Assembly (NCBI GenBank): GCA_964187785.1
Contig: OZ076420.1
Location: 6,386,001-6,450,000, forward strand
Origin: Amphiscolops sp. MND2022
Taxonomy: Eukaryota
DNA length: 64,000 nucleotides
Direction of reading: 5' to 3'
Both the position numbers and the translations under genes were made by a program. Shown in pieces: positions 11,201-23,200 of the stretch (its first letter is position 1; each line of letters starts with the position of its first letter). The notes beneath the pieces were generated by a model. The model saw nothing but the letters and a program-made list of their open reading frames with translations. It ran no database searches and was not told the origin of the DNA.

Positions 11201-14200
11201 ATTGAATATTGCAACATCAACAGTTTTTCCATCTTAGTTCAACAGTTTAGTTGATCACTAAACATGCGGCTCTGGATAATTTCGAAGTTGCTGGATTAGA
11301 AGTAGTAACAAGATGGTTACTACTGCTTTTTTCAACCCGTACACTTTTTCTGAACGCGTGAATTTACTTGAAGGTTGTTAGTTACTTTGTCGTTTGTTTG
11401 ACTCGTTTTCTCTTTTGTTTTGCCAGAGAATTTGTTACGAATTACCTGTTTCGAAAATAGCCTTACAGGATGACAGGCTAAAGTCCTCGTAACATTTTTG
11501 TTTTTGATTTGTGGAAATCCTTTCTAACTATGATCCTTTTGTTTACAATGATCATCATTGGTGTATAATGTTAGTTGACCGTGATCGTGGTTGTGTAATG
11601 TGATATGTTTTTTTTTACTATTTGCTTGAATTTAATTTAACCCTCTTCTGCATGAATATTGAAAACCATCGAAAAAAAATTATTTGACCCTTTCAACTAG
11701 CAGGTGGTAGACCATTTTCTCATATGGTTATGAAGTTTTTTCAGACTAGAAATCTCAATATAGATTTTCAGTATGTTTCCTAAATGTAACACTATACTGG
11801 TAAACGAAAACAGTGTGAATCACATTTATTTCATTTCGACCAAAATTTGCACTTTTCGCATCTGAAAACGAGAGTTTACAAATTATTTCGTATGAAAGTC
11901 CGTAAAACAGTTTTTGCTGGATGTCAAGCAGAGATAAGTATCATTTTTTCGTTTTTTTGTGTACACACTGCCGGTAGAATTAAGAAATATGCAACTTTGC
12001 ACAATGTTACATTTAGGCTACATACACATAAATGTCTACTCTGTTGATTTTTTGGATTTCGGAACCAATCAGATTGCAGCTTCACAGCTCGGAATTTATT
12101 CACATGTGATGATGACGCAATGTTTGTAAGATGAATTGTTGTGTGCGTGGCTGAAAATAGATCCGCGGCTTTGTTACATTTAGGTAACAAAATGCAGAAG
12201 AGGGTTAATCTTTTTTTCAAAAAAAACCAATCCATCGATCAGTCAATCAATCAATCAAACAAACAATCAACCAACCAACCAATCAATTAGTCACCTTAAA
12301 TTGACCAGAAAATACAGGCCGAATGCTCTAACCATTACACCATGCTCCCTCTTTCAAATCAATTTTGCATACTTTATACTTATATGACATTTCGTCCTAC
12401 ATGCAATTTCAACCGCTGACAATTTCAACTTTCCGCAATTTCTGCCAACACCGATTTTGGCTTTTTACTCGGATGAGTTAATATTTCAGTACAATACAGT
12501 ACTGTGATTAAGAAATCGTCCCCTTATGCGCTGAGCGTCGTTATCAACCAATTAGAATTGCTTATTTGCTCTCACTTTCAATTCTGATTGGCGCAACAAG
12601 TGAAATCTCCGGCGCAGAATGAACACTTCTGCTGTTTTCCCAGTTTTGGACAGGTTTTTGAAAATTTTTTCTGAAAAATTATAAGTCATCGAATTCTGCA
12701 GATTGTATAGAATTCAATGATATATTTTTTGTTTCAAAAACGTTCGAAATCGAAAAATAATCACAGTTTTTCGCCGCGAAACGTTCATTTCCTATCTTAA
12801 TACATGTAAATAGACGAAATTTTACCTTTCGAGCATGATATTTCAAAAACGGTTGATAATTTTTGAAATCGAAAAATATCCAAAGATTCAGTAGATTTGT
12901 GCGAGTAATTTGAGCATAAAACTTGCCAAAAAAACTGTGGATAAAACGGTCAAAAATTGGAAAAACGGAAAAAAGTCTCAAATTTCCTCAAAATCCAGCT
13001 ATTTGTAACTTTCTCAATTTTTGTCTCAGAAAAAATTAAAAACACTAATATAAACTAGATGAAATTCGAAGAGACTTTTATTTCTGATGTTTTTCAAAAT
13101 TCCCAACAGATTTCGAGGAAATCGAGCCAAAAATCGCCCCCTGGGGGACGTTTATTTAATCACAGTACAGTACAGTAGTTCAGGCATAGTTATAAAACAA
13201 GTGCAATCTAGTGAGTTGACTTACTGTTAGTTGACTGGCTTGGCTGAGAGTGTTGAGCACTATCTCCAAATAAGGCATGAACGCGGGGCCTATTCCCAGA
13301 GCGATGTCCCCGAACACACTCACAATCGGGGGCTTGATGCTCTTGTCGATCGAGTTGTTGCTCAGGTGGTGCAGCAGAATCGTCATGACGTCATTGCAGA
13401 ACGGCGCCAATTGGGAGCCGAGTGCCCGCGACAAGTCGCCGACCAATCCGATCGCCGTCTGACACAGGGCCGGGTCGTCGGCATTCTGAAGAGCCTGCGA
13501 CAGGAGAAACAACGGGTTTTACTTCAAGTGAAGCAATTAACACATTAAGTGAATCGACCAATGAAGTTAGGTCGCCTCTGAACTATAGTGCCGGTTTAGA
13601 ATTCGAAATTGAGTAAAATAGAATCGTTTTAGGTGAGCTGGGTGTGTTGTCTTTGGGCGTATTGATCTACAACCATTCATTTAAATTAAAATTGGTGATA
13701 GATGAAACTATTGGATAAAACTCTTTTGTTATTTATCATTTTTCTCGGTACGTGACTTTCTCCGCAAGTATTTTGGTAATTCATCAGTCCCACAGGACCA
13801 AAAAATAACCAAAGATGCCATCCTTAAGGCTTGGACCGTGACTGGAAAAGTCTCAATGCCAAAATAAACCAGTAGAACCAATCTTTGAGTTGTCTAGTAA
13901 CGAAAAAAGCTTTAAAAACTATGGTACCTAAAGTGTCACCGTTTGGAAACACCCAAGATTGCTTGCTAGTAAGGTAGGAAGGCATACCCTAATTCTGTAA
14001 AAAGTGGACCTTTCAGCGTGAGGTCTGTGGTCTGGAGAAAAAAAGTCACTAAGTGTCGGACATTTTTTCATTCACGAAAAGCGCCCACTGAACTAAATAT
14101 AAGAAAGGGATTTTTTTCTGTTTTCCCACCACCACCATTTTTTTTTTGAAAAATTAGTAAAAATCGTATAACTTGAATACAAACCAGAAAGCTTCAAATT

Positions 14201-17200
14201 TACATTTATTCTTAGTGTGACAGTTTAGGATTCAGATACAAACTTTGTTCACACTTTTTCAATTTGTAGTCACGCATTTTGAAGAAGTCAACAGCTTCCT
14301 GTTTTGAGTCATCAATAAACACTTAATACGATTATAACTATAGCCAACAAACGTGAACAATGTTTTGTTAAAGCAAAACACTATTCCAATAGACGCTAAC
14401 TTCCCATTATGAAAGAAGGTTTTAAAAGATTAAAAAGATTTTTTTGGAAGTAAATTTCCTTAAAAACTTGAGACTAGCCTAATTAATAGTAATTACTATT
14501 AATTAGGCTAGTCTCAAGTTTTTAAGGAAATTTACTTCCAAAAATTTTGGGTGTGGGGGGAAAACAGAAAAGAGCCGAAAAAAGGAGGGGGAAAAGAAGA
14601 AACATGAAGATTGTTCGAAACATGCCAACACAACTAGGCTAGGGGAGTTGAGTACTCTAGGGGAGTTTCAGTTGATGCCTGTTACCTGTTTGAGGAATGG
14701 GAAGAAGTGTGGCATGTACTTGAGGAAGTTGAGTTTGACGCGCTCCACCAGCGTGCTCATGGCCATCAGTGCGTCCTCCTGCACACCGGTGCTCTGCGCC
14801 GCACTCTTGGTAGTCAGCATCTGCAGCAGCGCCTCCATCACCTTGTCCGCGATCTGCACCGCGTCCTCCTCCTTGATCTTCCTACAACACGTAAACAATA
14901 TTTAATCAGCTTTCATCAAGTCCGCTTAGCACAGAGGATAATGCGCGATTGATGGATCTCCAAAAAGGTATTCCGACCGAGTTCGAATCCCCAAATGGGT
15001 GGGAACTTTGGTGACTATTCATAGCTCCGAATTTGACACTCAGTGCCATATCTACGAAATTAAAATTGAATTTCCTTCGATTATTTGAATTCAATTACAT
15101 TGACTTACAAACAAATGAAACAGCTTTCCAATAATTCATTACAGGCGGGTTACCCGCAGTCAAGGAAAACTTTAAGGCATCAACGCACCACATTTCTGGT
15201 GGGGAGGTGCGGAACCACGTATTATAATATTGCAGAAAATCTTCAATGTATTTTGGATTTTCTGAAGCATTGTAAATACGTCGATATTGGTGGCTTTTGT
15301 TGATGGTATAACGATTAATATCGAGAATAACGATTTTGCCCCGGTTAAAATTAACAACCTTTAAAGCTTGCGTTTTGACTTATTAATATAACCAGGAGCG
15401 GTTTCGGGATTTTCAAAATGTGGCGCGGACCGGAACGAGAGCACCAGTTGAATTTTCAATCCTTGCTTGATTTGCTTATTCCATCAACTAAAAATAATTT
15501 TCGGAGTTATGGCATTCGATTTTGCTTTCAGAGCTATGGATATTCGGAGCTATGGGAAGTCACCGGGAACTTTACATCAGAAAAAAATACTTTTCATCGC
15601 AATTCGTCAAAACTTCAAGAAAGTTAGACAATCTTCTATTCAAACGAAAAAAACTTCCTCCAGTTTGAGATCAAACTTCAAGCATGGCAAGCTACAAAAA
15701 ATTTCAAATGACAATTTCTGAGGCCGCTAACAGCAACGAGGATTTCTACATGGGTTTGAAATTGACTTAATCATATTAGATAGTGTATGGGGTAGATTTG
15801 AAAATTGCGTGCAGGTGCAAACGTACTGAAAATTAAAAGGACAAAAGCATACAGCATCGTTCGAATTGGACGGACAGAAATACTATCAAGAGGTAGATCA
15901 AGAAGTAGTAAAAGGGACTATGAAATCAAAAACTTTGTAACAGAGGTCCTGGAGCAAGATCCCTTTTTATCATTGGCCCAGTTGAATGAAAAATTCACAG
16001 ACAGTTTCCTGAAAGAAACAATCAGTGATGTCACTTTCAAGAGGTATAGACGAATTGGGATTTACATTGAAGCTGACCCGAGACAGTCGGATGGAACGCA
16101 AATCTGAGGTATCAACACGTGGTATGAATACACAAACTAACTGGTTGATAGTTACGACGTTGTGAATGCTCACAAACTATATATCTATGAATTTGGGGGT
16201 AATATATAAACGAGACGCAGTAAAGATCGTTCGTAATTAGGATGACGAAGGATAGACTCAAGAATTTCCTTCATGTTGCTTGCGCAAATACCATACCGCA
16301 GCCTGGAGATTTACTAGACGGGTATTGCATCTTTGATAGTTCAAGGGCTCACGCGAAATNNNNNNNNNNNNNNNNNNNNNNNNNNNNNNNNNNNNNNNNN
16401 NNNNNNNNNNNNNNNNNNNNNNNNNNNNNNNNNNNNNNNNNNNNNNNNNNNNNNNNNNNNNNNNNNNNNNNNNNNNNNNNNNNNNNNNNNNNNNNNNNNN
16501 NNNNNNNNNNNNNNNNNNNNNNNNNNNNNNNNNNNNNNNNNNNNNNNNNNNNNNNNNNNGGAATAATTGATTTTTTTATCAAAATCAATTTTGCGGAACC
16601 CCTGGTTGGAGTTCATGGAGGATCGATCTCCTGGTTAGGCCGGAAGAACAAAAATATTCACTCAAAATCCCAAAACTATACCTTTGATGATTGCCATCAT
16701 AAATAGTTCATGTTCCTTCATTTTTAATAAAACGTTTTGAATTCAACTTTCCCAGAAACGACAAATGGTGTTTTTCGGAAAGGCATTATCTCACTATACA
16801 AATGATTACAGTGTCATCTCTGCCCTAATGAGGAAGTATAGACACACAGACACAAATACAAGTCAAGTGACTGATTGGCAGACAGAGCTGATACCCCCTC
16901 CCCCTAATAAGGAAGGGCGGGGTTGGGTTTGCGGGCACACAAATACAAGTCAAGTGACTGACGGAATACGATCTAATGCAAAAACCTCTAAGGCTTGGTG
17001 ATCGGTGGAGAACACCCATCCATGTCAATTTTAGCAGACATTTGATTGGTTCAGATCTTATTCACTTTCTAATTGAGTACAGTGACTGACTATCTAACTA
17101 ACTAAGTAACTGACCTGAGTACACTCTGCAGAGTGGCGCAGAGCAGGGACTGGAGGTCTGCGAACTGCTGTCTGTCAGAGGCGGAGAAGTGGGCGCCGCC

Positions 17201-20200
17201 GCTGTCGTCGCCGCTTTCCAGGTACAGCATCTTCTGCAGCCGCTCCATCACCGCGATCGTGGTCGTCTGGATGTGTAGGTAGCAGTCCTGCGGAGAGTTC
17301 TTCACCAACTCCATGATCGCCTACTCAACACACATGACCACGTTTCAATTTTTTTCGCCATTGTGAGATTTTTCAAAAAAATATTTCGGGTGCTGTAGAA
17401 GAGAATACTTTGACACTTTGATGTCTTTTTGCTATTTTTGAGCCTTAGATATGGCGCCGACTTGAGCCGGTCCCAGCTTGTTCTCTTTCTTAAGGGACCG
17501 TGCGAGGCGAAACAATGTTGGTGTGATGGCCCAGTGTTCAAGGGGCAATTTTATGACGGAATGATGAGATAGTGCCGATTCGCTGCAAGCTGCAGAGCCT
17601 CCTTGCAGTGTCAGTAACGATCCCGGTATATATAAATACTGAAAACCTCAACAAGTGGACAGATTTACAAAACACAAAATTTTATTAAAATGGTCAAAAA
17701 ATTGACGGTCAGGATATGCACCCACTTGGGATTGTCATAAATTCACGACAGCCTTCCCTCCTGCACTGTTACCGCAATGGAAGACTCAACATGGTCTATT
17801 TGACGCTTAAGGGTGCGACATCCTCTCAGGCATAGTACAGAGCTCCGTAGAAATACAAAGCTGATTTTTGTACGAATGAAGCTAATTGCGTCGGAATAGC
17901 TGTCATATCCCTTCTGAGATTTTCAACGCAAGTCTTGACATAACTTTTGAAGCCGACGGTTCTGCTCCACCAGTACAGGCAATACTAGCGGGTTGAAGGT
18001 GCTGTGTTCCACGTCTATGATTCTTTGTTCATATTTCAATTTTTTCTGACTCTCTTTTGTTTGTAAGCATCTTTGATGTTTCGGGGACAGGATGTGGAGT
18101 GAGGATTGAAGATCTTCAGGTTTTAAAAAAAAACGGCAAAAGCGGGAGTCCCAGAGTCAGCTGGCCTTGATATCGAGGCGGGCTTGATCTTCAGTGCATG
18201 TGGTTCTGTAATCGGAGGACTCGCCTTCCAATATCCGAAGTTTGGGCTCGATTTCGACATCGTAACAAACGTCTCTCAATGATCTTGGCGAAAGTGTCAC
18301 GAATCTCAGTGTGGCGCATGTGAGCATAGCCTCCTTTGCCACAGTGGAGTGCGTGTGAGACAAGTCTTCGCCACAGGGGTATTTTGAGGGAAGATTTTTT
18401 GGTTGAAGGCCGTACCTGAGAGATAGGCCGTCACGAAATGCGTTTTTCCTCTTCTCAGATCAAAACCATAGCGTTTCAATGGTAGACCTATGAGCCAACT
18501 GGATGCATCTTTTTCAGATGCCAAAGCCATGGAATATTGTTGATTGGTTTCAAGTGTCTGACACTGTTAGAAGGCTCTGCAGCTTGCAGCGTGCTAACAC
18601 CCTCATTCTTTTCACCGACACGCCCTCCTTGTAATAAGGGCACACAGTCTCTCTCTACATTAAATACCGATTTTGGTACGCGAGGTCCTTTATCAGAGTT
18701 CAGATAAGAGGAAGGAAATGAGATAGGAGAAAAAATGAAAAAAAAACCTAGATTTTGACTCTAATAGATTTTGATATGTATGTAGCCCTTAAGAGAGACC
18801 CATTGTACAATGACAAGGTAGACAGATGGGTATGAATTGCAACATGTTCAATTTTAGGGCATCATTACCGTTGCAGACCAACATAGTTTCGCTTCGCACT
18901 TTAAGGTCCCCTTTAATATTTTGACTGGGCAGATTTTGACATGTAACCCTTAAAAGAGCACCGTTCAAACTAATCAGCAGTCTCTTCTTGATTTGCTGCC
19001 CCCTATTACTGGGGTTGGAGGGGGTGTTGGGGTCAGACTAGGGTTTTGTTGCAGGGGGGGTGTTAGAAGACTAGAAGAGTAGACTAGGGGGTGTATGAAG
19101 TATGAAGTATGTAAGGAGACATGCCTCGTAGGCGGAGGTGCGCAGATTGGACTGGTTGGCGTCCAGTCTGTCGGTGGTTGCCAGCAGCCCACTCACGATC
19201 GCCTCGTAGAAAGGCGAGAGACTGAAGGTGCTCGGCTCCTCGCTCTGCTCACTGTCCCCCGTGTACTCGTAAGCCGCCGAAGACAAACTACACAACACAA
19301 CACACCAACTTATTAAAAACAATTCAGCTATTTTAATTATTCTCAGTCCAACCATTTTCTACAATCAGAGGTACAATTCTTTCATTACACTGTGGTATAA
19401 TGGGCACCGCCACAATTCGGACACACGACGTTTCGTAAAATGGGCAAAAACCGGACACTGCATACATGGATGATTCATACAAAAATGAAAATGGACATTT
19501 CGTACAAAATTCGAATTAAAATGAGTATTAAAAGTCTGATTTCATTTTTATACAAAATGGAAATGTCCCATCTCACTTCTGGTAAAACAAATCCTATTTT
19601 ATTTGTGGACGAAAGATTCGATACTATCTATGTTTTGGTACGAAACATCCAATTTTATTTTTCACTATGAAACATTTTATTTCATCCTCTGTACGAAACT
19701 TTGCCCTGTGTCCGAATTGTCGTGCCTGGTACATGGCTACATGCATTAATGTGTGTGATGACGTAACGTTACCTGGTGATGGCCCAGCAGACGTTGGTGG
19801 CGACGCGGGGCTCCTTGGTGAGTGCGTGCAGCAGCTCTGTGACGAGGAAGGCCACGTGCTCGCTCTCCACCGCCAGGTCGGGCAAGATCTCGCAGATGCG
19901 GCCTATGGCCCACGCAGCCGTGTCCTGCACCGCCGCACTGCTGTCCCGTAACATGTTGATCAGGTGCGGGTGGAACACCTACACACACACAAACATAATA
20001 ACAGCTGAACACACTATGGACAAGGAATCGGGATTTTCTGAGGTCTACGTAGTAGAAGGACGTGAGTTCGAGTCTCGCACTTGCCGAAATTTTTTTGTGC
20101 TCGTTATTTCAGCTTTGTGAAACTTTGTCGAGAATTTTTAATGTCTCCAAACTGTCTCCCTTTCATTTTTTTGATATTTTGCAACAAATTGGAGTTTCAA

Positions 20201-23200
20201 AAAGCCCAAAGAGTCTCCTCCCCTTTTACATTTTTCGGCACTGTGATACTATTTCAAAATTCTCATTTTTTAGTCGGCGCTATTTCGTAGAAAAACGCAG
20301 ACTATAGTAGTGACTTTTCTTTTTTTAAGACCAACGAAGTGACAGATTTTATAAGCTGACTTGAACTAACAATAAATGCCACACTACTTCTACTGGCACT
20401 TGAGATAGAGGTTAATTGGGCTTTTTTGAGGTTTTACATTTTTCGGCACTATGCGACTTTCCGGGGACCAAAAAAAAATTGGAAAAAAATCGATTTTTTC
20501 AATTTTTTCCTCATGCGGGTACTGCAGAAGAGAATACTTGACACTTTAAAGTCCTTTTGCAATTTTTGAGCCTTAGATATGGCGCCGACTTGGGCCGTTC
20601 CCGGCTTGTTTCTTATATACCCACATATAATTTACACCTACACACAAACGCACAGCTGAACTCACTATGGAGAAACAATTGGTTGGATGCAAACAATAGA
20701 AGGTCCAAAGTTTGATTTCACACTCATCATATCGAGTGCTATGAAAGTTTATGGTCCAGACTGACCATAGCAACTTCGGTATGAAGTGAAATCAAAAAAG
20801 TTCCGGGTTGCTTTGTAGCGCATGTTTCTACCCGAAACTACCGGGAACGGCCCAAATAAACCCTAGTTCAAGGTTCAAAAAGAGCAAAGTTTTTTGGATA
20901 TGCGAAGGGACAGTATTGTGGAAAACTTGAATTAAATTTACAGCACCAAAAAATACCCGGAGGGATACGCATAAGATTCGAAAACCACTTTTCCCCAAAT
21001 GGAAACATCAAAACCGATTTTTTGAAATCTTAATTTTTTCTCGAAAAAAATTTCTTCGGAAAAAAGTTTCATACTGCCGAAAAAGGAACTTTACGCTCGC
21101 CAAACGCTTTTTTTCAAGCTGAAACATTCATGGAACTGAAGGGGTACGCTTTGACCGAATGATTTTTCCCAAGTCGATCAATGCCGAAAAAACTAAGGTT
21201 TTTTCCACACGTATTGAGAAAACTCTCATGAGTCGAGCATGACGTAAAAATCACCAAAGATGTCATCCTTAAGGCTTGCAAAACTATTTTCTTCAACATA
21301 AAACCTTTGAAAAAATTCAAGAGAAATTTTTCGACAAAAATGTCTTCGAGTTAACCACTGGGCCAAACTTGAAAGTTTCAAACATGGTTTGTATGAACAC
21401 CTTCAATTAGATTTGGCGATAAAATCATCTCAAAAAGTAGCGGGGCGCGTTTGTGTGTACACGTCTAGAATACTTCATGCATTGTTCACCTGAAAAATCA
21501 AGAACTACGTTAGTGGGCGCTTCGCGTCGCTTAAGCATCAGTCAAAATGCGCAAATGACTGTGAAACGGAGGGCGCTCTTGTCTGTGATACCCGGGGTGG
21601 GCTCTTTGCTGTTTTCCCACCCACCATCAAAATTTTGAGAGAAATTAAGTTAAAATTTTCAAACTAGTTGAATTCGAAATGAAATTTCTTTCCATAACAT
21701 GAAATTAACTTCTACTGGGAATCGTTTTTCGTTTGAACAAAACATTCACACATTTTGACTGTATTTATGATGAAAATTAACTTTTTGTGACTCAGAACAG
21801 GAAATTGTTGAGTTTTCAACAAGAATGCGTGACTTCGTAAGGTAAAATGCGTGAACAAAGTTTGTATCTGAGATCTAAACTGTCGTCCTGAGAATGAATA
21901 TAAAAGTAAAGGTTTCTAGTTTAGTTTGAGTCTTTTTAATTCAATATTTTCACAAAATTCTTTCGAAACAATTTTGGTGGTGGTGGGGGGGGGGGGGTTT
22001 GGGGTAACAGAAAAGACCCCCTGTGACATTACTGACCCCACCCTACCCTACCCACCTGTGAGACGAGTGGCTTGAGTGCTAGGGTGTCGGGGCCCTCGAG
22101 GATGGAGCCGAATGCCATGAGGGCGGCCTCGCGGTGGTTCCAGCTGGCGTGCTGCATGTTGGCCTCCACGAACGGCAGCACGTACTGCACGACGTCGTTC
22201 TCACACACGTTCGACAGCAGCATGAGACAGACACTGGCCGCCTTGCACGGGTTCCACTCGTCCTCGTCTTCGTCCTACACAAACAACAAAATATCAGGTT
22301 GCAGACCGGGTTCGAACCCACGACCTCGTGCCGGCCAGGCGGACGCACTACCAACTGGGCCACAGTTACCAGAATATCCACAGACTAAATGGAAAAATAA
22401 AGTGGGGATTTGACAGAATTGGGAAAAAAACGCAACACAGATAGTGATTTTCTTCCCCGTACACTATAAATTGTGAGGGCGGAAAAGAATTTGATTTTTC
22501 TGCTGAATCGAAACAAAAAAAAACAAACATGGTTGTAAAAACTTACAAATAAAGCATCAACAGACAAGACTCCCAAGGGCCAATGCTCACTTGAATGCAA
22601 GCCTCAAATTGGGAATGTTGAAACACAAAAGTATAATTTGCGCGGCCGCTAATTCGACTTCAAAACTCTGATTCGTATTAGGATTTCCGCTGTTCAAAAT
22701 AGCCCCCTGCGAAGCACAGTACTATTTCTGCTTTTAAGGCTTTCGTGTTCATTAATAGAAGATATCTGGAATAACTAAACACTCCTGTTTAATCATTATT
22801 TAGCGCACAATTAATCACTGTACCAGTTTACACCACCTTTAAATTTTGGACTAAAGCAAATATAACTACTAAGCGTAGACGAAGTTTCCCATTCGCATTT
22901 GAATGCAGGCGAAGCTCTCGGCGAACGAATAATTAACACTCATTCGCTTCATCTCATAAACTCGGTGTACGAAAGCATAATTACCACTCGCTCGTTCCAT
23001 CGCACAAGAAACGAATTGTTCTCGGCAGCTTGAGAAATTTAAATCTCTCGCTTATACTCACTGCCGAACAAAATAGCAGAATTTTTCAGTAGGTACTCGA
23101 ATCGCTAACGAAAGTTGACTGAAAAAAGTTTCAAAGTTAAGATTTTATTGGTCCTGCCATCGCAGAAATAACAAAAGAATTGTATAACTAACTAATTAGG

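Noticed and set aside
16242-16706. ORFs spanning the N run
   Set aside because: Open only because N codons cannot be stops.
19115-19124. Canonical GT donor (gcat|gt) for exon 10
   Set aside because: Gives phase 1, incompatible with the exon 11 acceptor; an alternative AG also frameshifts.
22297-22370. Functional tRNA gene
   Set aside because: Acceptor and anticodon stems do not pair properly; kept only as a pseudo-tRNA/SINE head.
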